Translations under genes and position numbers: made by a program | Part shown: positions 61,631 through 64,000 of the stretch, piece by piece | How the letters are laid out: each line of letters starts with the position of its first letter | Numbering within the stretch: the stretch's first letter is position 1 | Notes under the pieces: model-generated | What the model was told of the DNA's origin: nothing | Seen by the model: only the letters and a program-made list of their open reading frames with translations | The model's database searches: none | Source: Lingula anatina | Lineage: Eukaryota; Animalia; Brachiopoda | Direction of reading: 5' to 3' | Length of the DNA stretch: 64,000 bases | Assembly: GCA_051362555.1 (NCBI GenBank) | Contig: CM120640.1 | Span: forward strand, 54,414,788 to 54,478,787

Positions 61631-63042
61631 ACTGTTATGTAAAGCTCAATGTATTTTTCTCTTAAAATATTTTGATCTGTATGGTTTATTATTTTTAAAG
61701 TTAGCTTAAATACTTTTCAAATTTGAAAACATGATTTCATGCATGTGTAAATGACACACATAGTATGTTTTGGGGTAACCTTTTTAATAAAGTTCAGCAT
61801 TATCTGTTTTGATATAATCACAGCTAATTATTTAGTGATTGCACCATCTACTTTAGCTTCCTTGCTTTGAAGGAAGGAAAAGTTAAATTTGAAAATATAA
61901 TTTCTTATTATTAACTAAGGAAAAAAACATCTGAAGGGAAACTGGGAAGACATCATCCTGATATATATTTATCTGTTAAAACAGTAACAATTTGAATTGA
62001 AGAGTATTTCTACAAAAGGGAAATTATCACAAGTAAGACATTCTTGTCAAATAGGAGATCTAGATAGTTGAAGTTATAATCACGGCAAAAAAGCTGCCAA
62101 ATGTATAGACACAAACAATAATGATGCTTGCACACGATATAGTTTTGGTCAAATTTGATGCAAAATTACATGATGTTTACGTAATGGCATAATCACCACC
62201 AAATTTTAATAAAGTTTCATAGGCAACATGGACATCAAGATAATGTATGTGTGTGTTAGTGATAACACATTAAACATGCCAAAGTGAAAAAATGAAAATT
62301 TCTAAAAAAAAAAAAAATAAAAATCTGTGCAATGTGGCAGTTAAAACTCCTTTCATCTGGTAATAGCCTAGCAGTTGACCTGTAAATGAATGTATGAAGA
62401 TCTCAAAAGCAAAATAAATATCAAAAACTGTTCACCAAAAAGACTGGGAACAATACTTCTTTTTATTGAAAACACTTGAAAATGGGAGCTCTGATTGGCT
62501 TGAATTTGCTAATATCATCTGATGGAGAAAACGGTTCAATTTCGAAAATGGGATTGGTTTATTTGAATCGATCATCATGCCATTTTTCTTTGCATGTTTT
62601 TGCAGATTTTATTTGTTTTGCAGACTTGGCATCTCAACATCTGAAGAAAAAAAATATATTGTTTTGCAAATCATTTGGAATCATTTAAAGTAATAAACAA
62701 GAATCAGATGGAAAATGAGCCTTGTATTTTCTAAAAAGTTTTTCCCTTTTTGTGTCTGAGATTTTAATATTAATACAGTGATTAGATGTAACTTAATGCT
62801 ATTATTATTTCATGAGCAATCAACAAACATTTTATTTCAATATCTCATTTGCATTGGATATACTAGCTACCAGCAGGAACCAAGAATAATAAATAAATAA
62901 ATAAATAATAAATAAATAAATAAATAAACCATTTAGATTACAAGTTCCCTACCAAGCAAACATTTTTTTAATTTGACTAATTTTTTTGCATCCATGAGAA
63001 GAAGCCATGTGGAATTTTTTTTTCAATTGAAACATTAATTTA

Positions 63043-63384
63043 CATTAGTGTACTGGATTTGGTCTTTGGATTGCAATTTAAGATCACAAATGAACTTACA
63101 CGATCTTAATCATTACAGCAGTAGTCTTAAAATGGACTGAATCTGCTTTTAAATTAAAAAATGATCTAAAATCTACTTAAGTGGCCAGGTAGTTTCCTCT
63201 CCTCACCATGGGGGATACCTCCCCTCACAATAGTAGAGGACAACTGCTCACAATAGGAGAATGTGTAAGGGGAGACAACTTGATTGGCTGTTAGTCCAAA
63301 AATGGTCTTACTCATGGTTTAAGATCATGTAAGACTATTTGTGATCTTAAATAGCACTTTAAGACCAAATCAAGCCCATTAGTG
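63043..63384. mobile_element. TA-flanked MITE with about 100-bp diverged inverted arms
   Basis: CATTAGTGTACTGGATTTGGTCTT..TTTAAGATCACAAAT..CTTACACGATCTTAA vs reverse complement of TTAAGATCATGTAAG..ATTTGTGATCTTAAA..AAGACCAAATCAAGCCCATTAGTG; TA on both sides. Confidence 0.7.
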
Positions 63385-64000
63385 TAACATGCATTTAAAC
63401 CTGCAATAACTTGAAAGAGGTATTTTAAACTTTGATTTCAAATGCACATATGCCAAAAAAGAAATGCATTGTTCTAAACATGTTATTTTTCTTTTAGTTC
63501 ACAGGAATAACAATCAGACACTGTAAAATGTGCTCCTTGTGAAATAGCAAAAAGAAGCTCCTTTTGGGCTTGGCAACTTTTTGTATTTTCTAACATGTTG
63601 TGTGTTAAACATAACTGACAGGAGTATAAATTTCACTGCCTTATCTGGGTAGCCAATCATACAGCTTTCTAAATGTATAGAATTAGTTTATCTAGAATTG
63701 CTGGGTTAATTTCTTAAAAAATAACTGCATGATCATGACAGTTGAGATCTTGAAGTCTGGATTATCCAGTGGTTTGTGGAACATCCAATTTTCAAAGGCA
63801 TGACACAGGGAGGATGGCTGGTGTGCTTCAGCTGCTGTATTTTGGTGGCTTGTACCTAGAAATTCAGTGAAAATGAGAATTATTTTTATGTGAAAATGTT
63901 TTTAATTGAGGGCATTATTAATTGATTTATGCATTACACTTTAAAATACCACACTAAAACTTTACATTAGAAAAAATAATACAAGGGTCCTATGCTACAG

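Noticed and set aside
1-64000. tRNA, rRNA and snRNA genes
   Set aside because: No complete cloverleaf or recognisable conserved RNA sequence seen by eye; tRNAscan-SE or Infernal would be needed to exclude them formally.

Overview
Animal genomic DNA, AT-rich and intron-containing; probably an invertebrate, and the gene and repeat types suggest a lophotrochozoan/mollusc (inference). Three protein-coding genes could be assembled by hand. (1) A 4-coding-exon class A GPCR of the GnRH/corazonin receptor family on + (3212-17859, about 487 aa, closest to corazonin-type/'molluscan GnRHR' motifs). (2) An intronless FoxQ2 forkhead gene with a C-terminal eh1 motif on - (42964-44385, 473 aa). (3) A 7-coding-exon SHB/SHD/SHE/SHF-family SH2 adaptor on + (51158-59050, about 862 aa), head-to-head with FoxQ2. 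Non-coding DNA is rich in small non-autonomous terminal-inverted-repeat (TIR) elements with recognisable target-site duplications (TSDs: TA, TTA/TAA, 5 bp, 8 bp). The most striking is a 595-bp element with self-hairpin TIRs, an 8-bp TSD and a RecQ-helicase motif 0/I fragment (AcademH-like). Also present: two MITEs sandwiching GPCR exon 3, a Helitron-like tandem array rich in nuclear-receptor DR1 sites, strong over-representation of the palindromes TACATGTA/TAGGCCTA, and an apparent CpG-depletion boundary near 52 kb. All alignments and counts were made by eye; no database searches were run.
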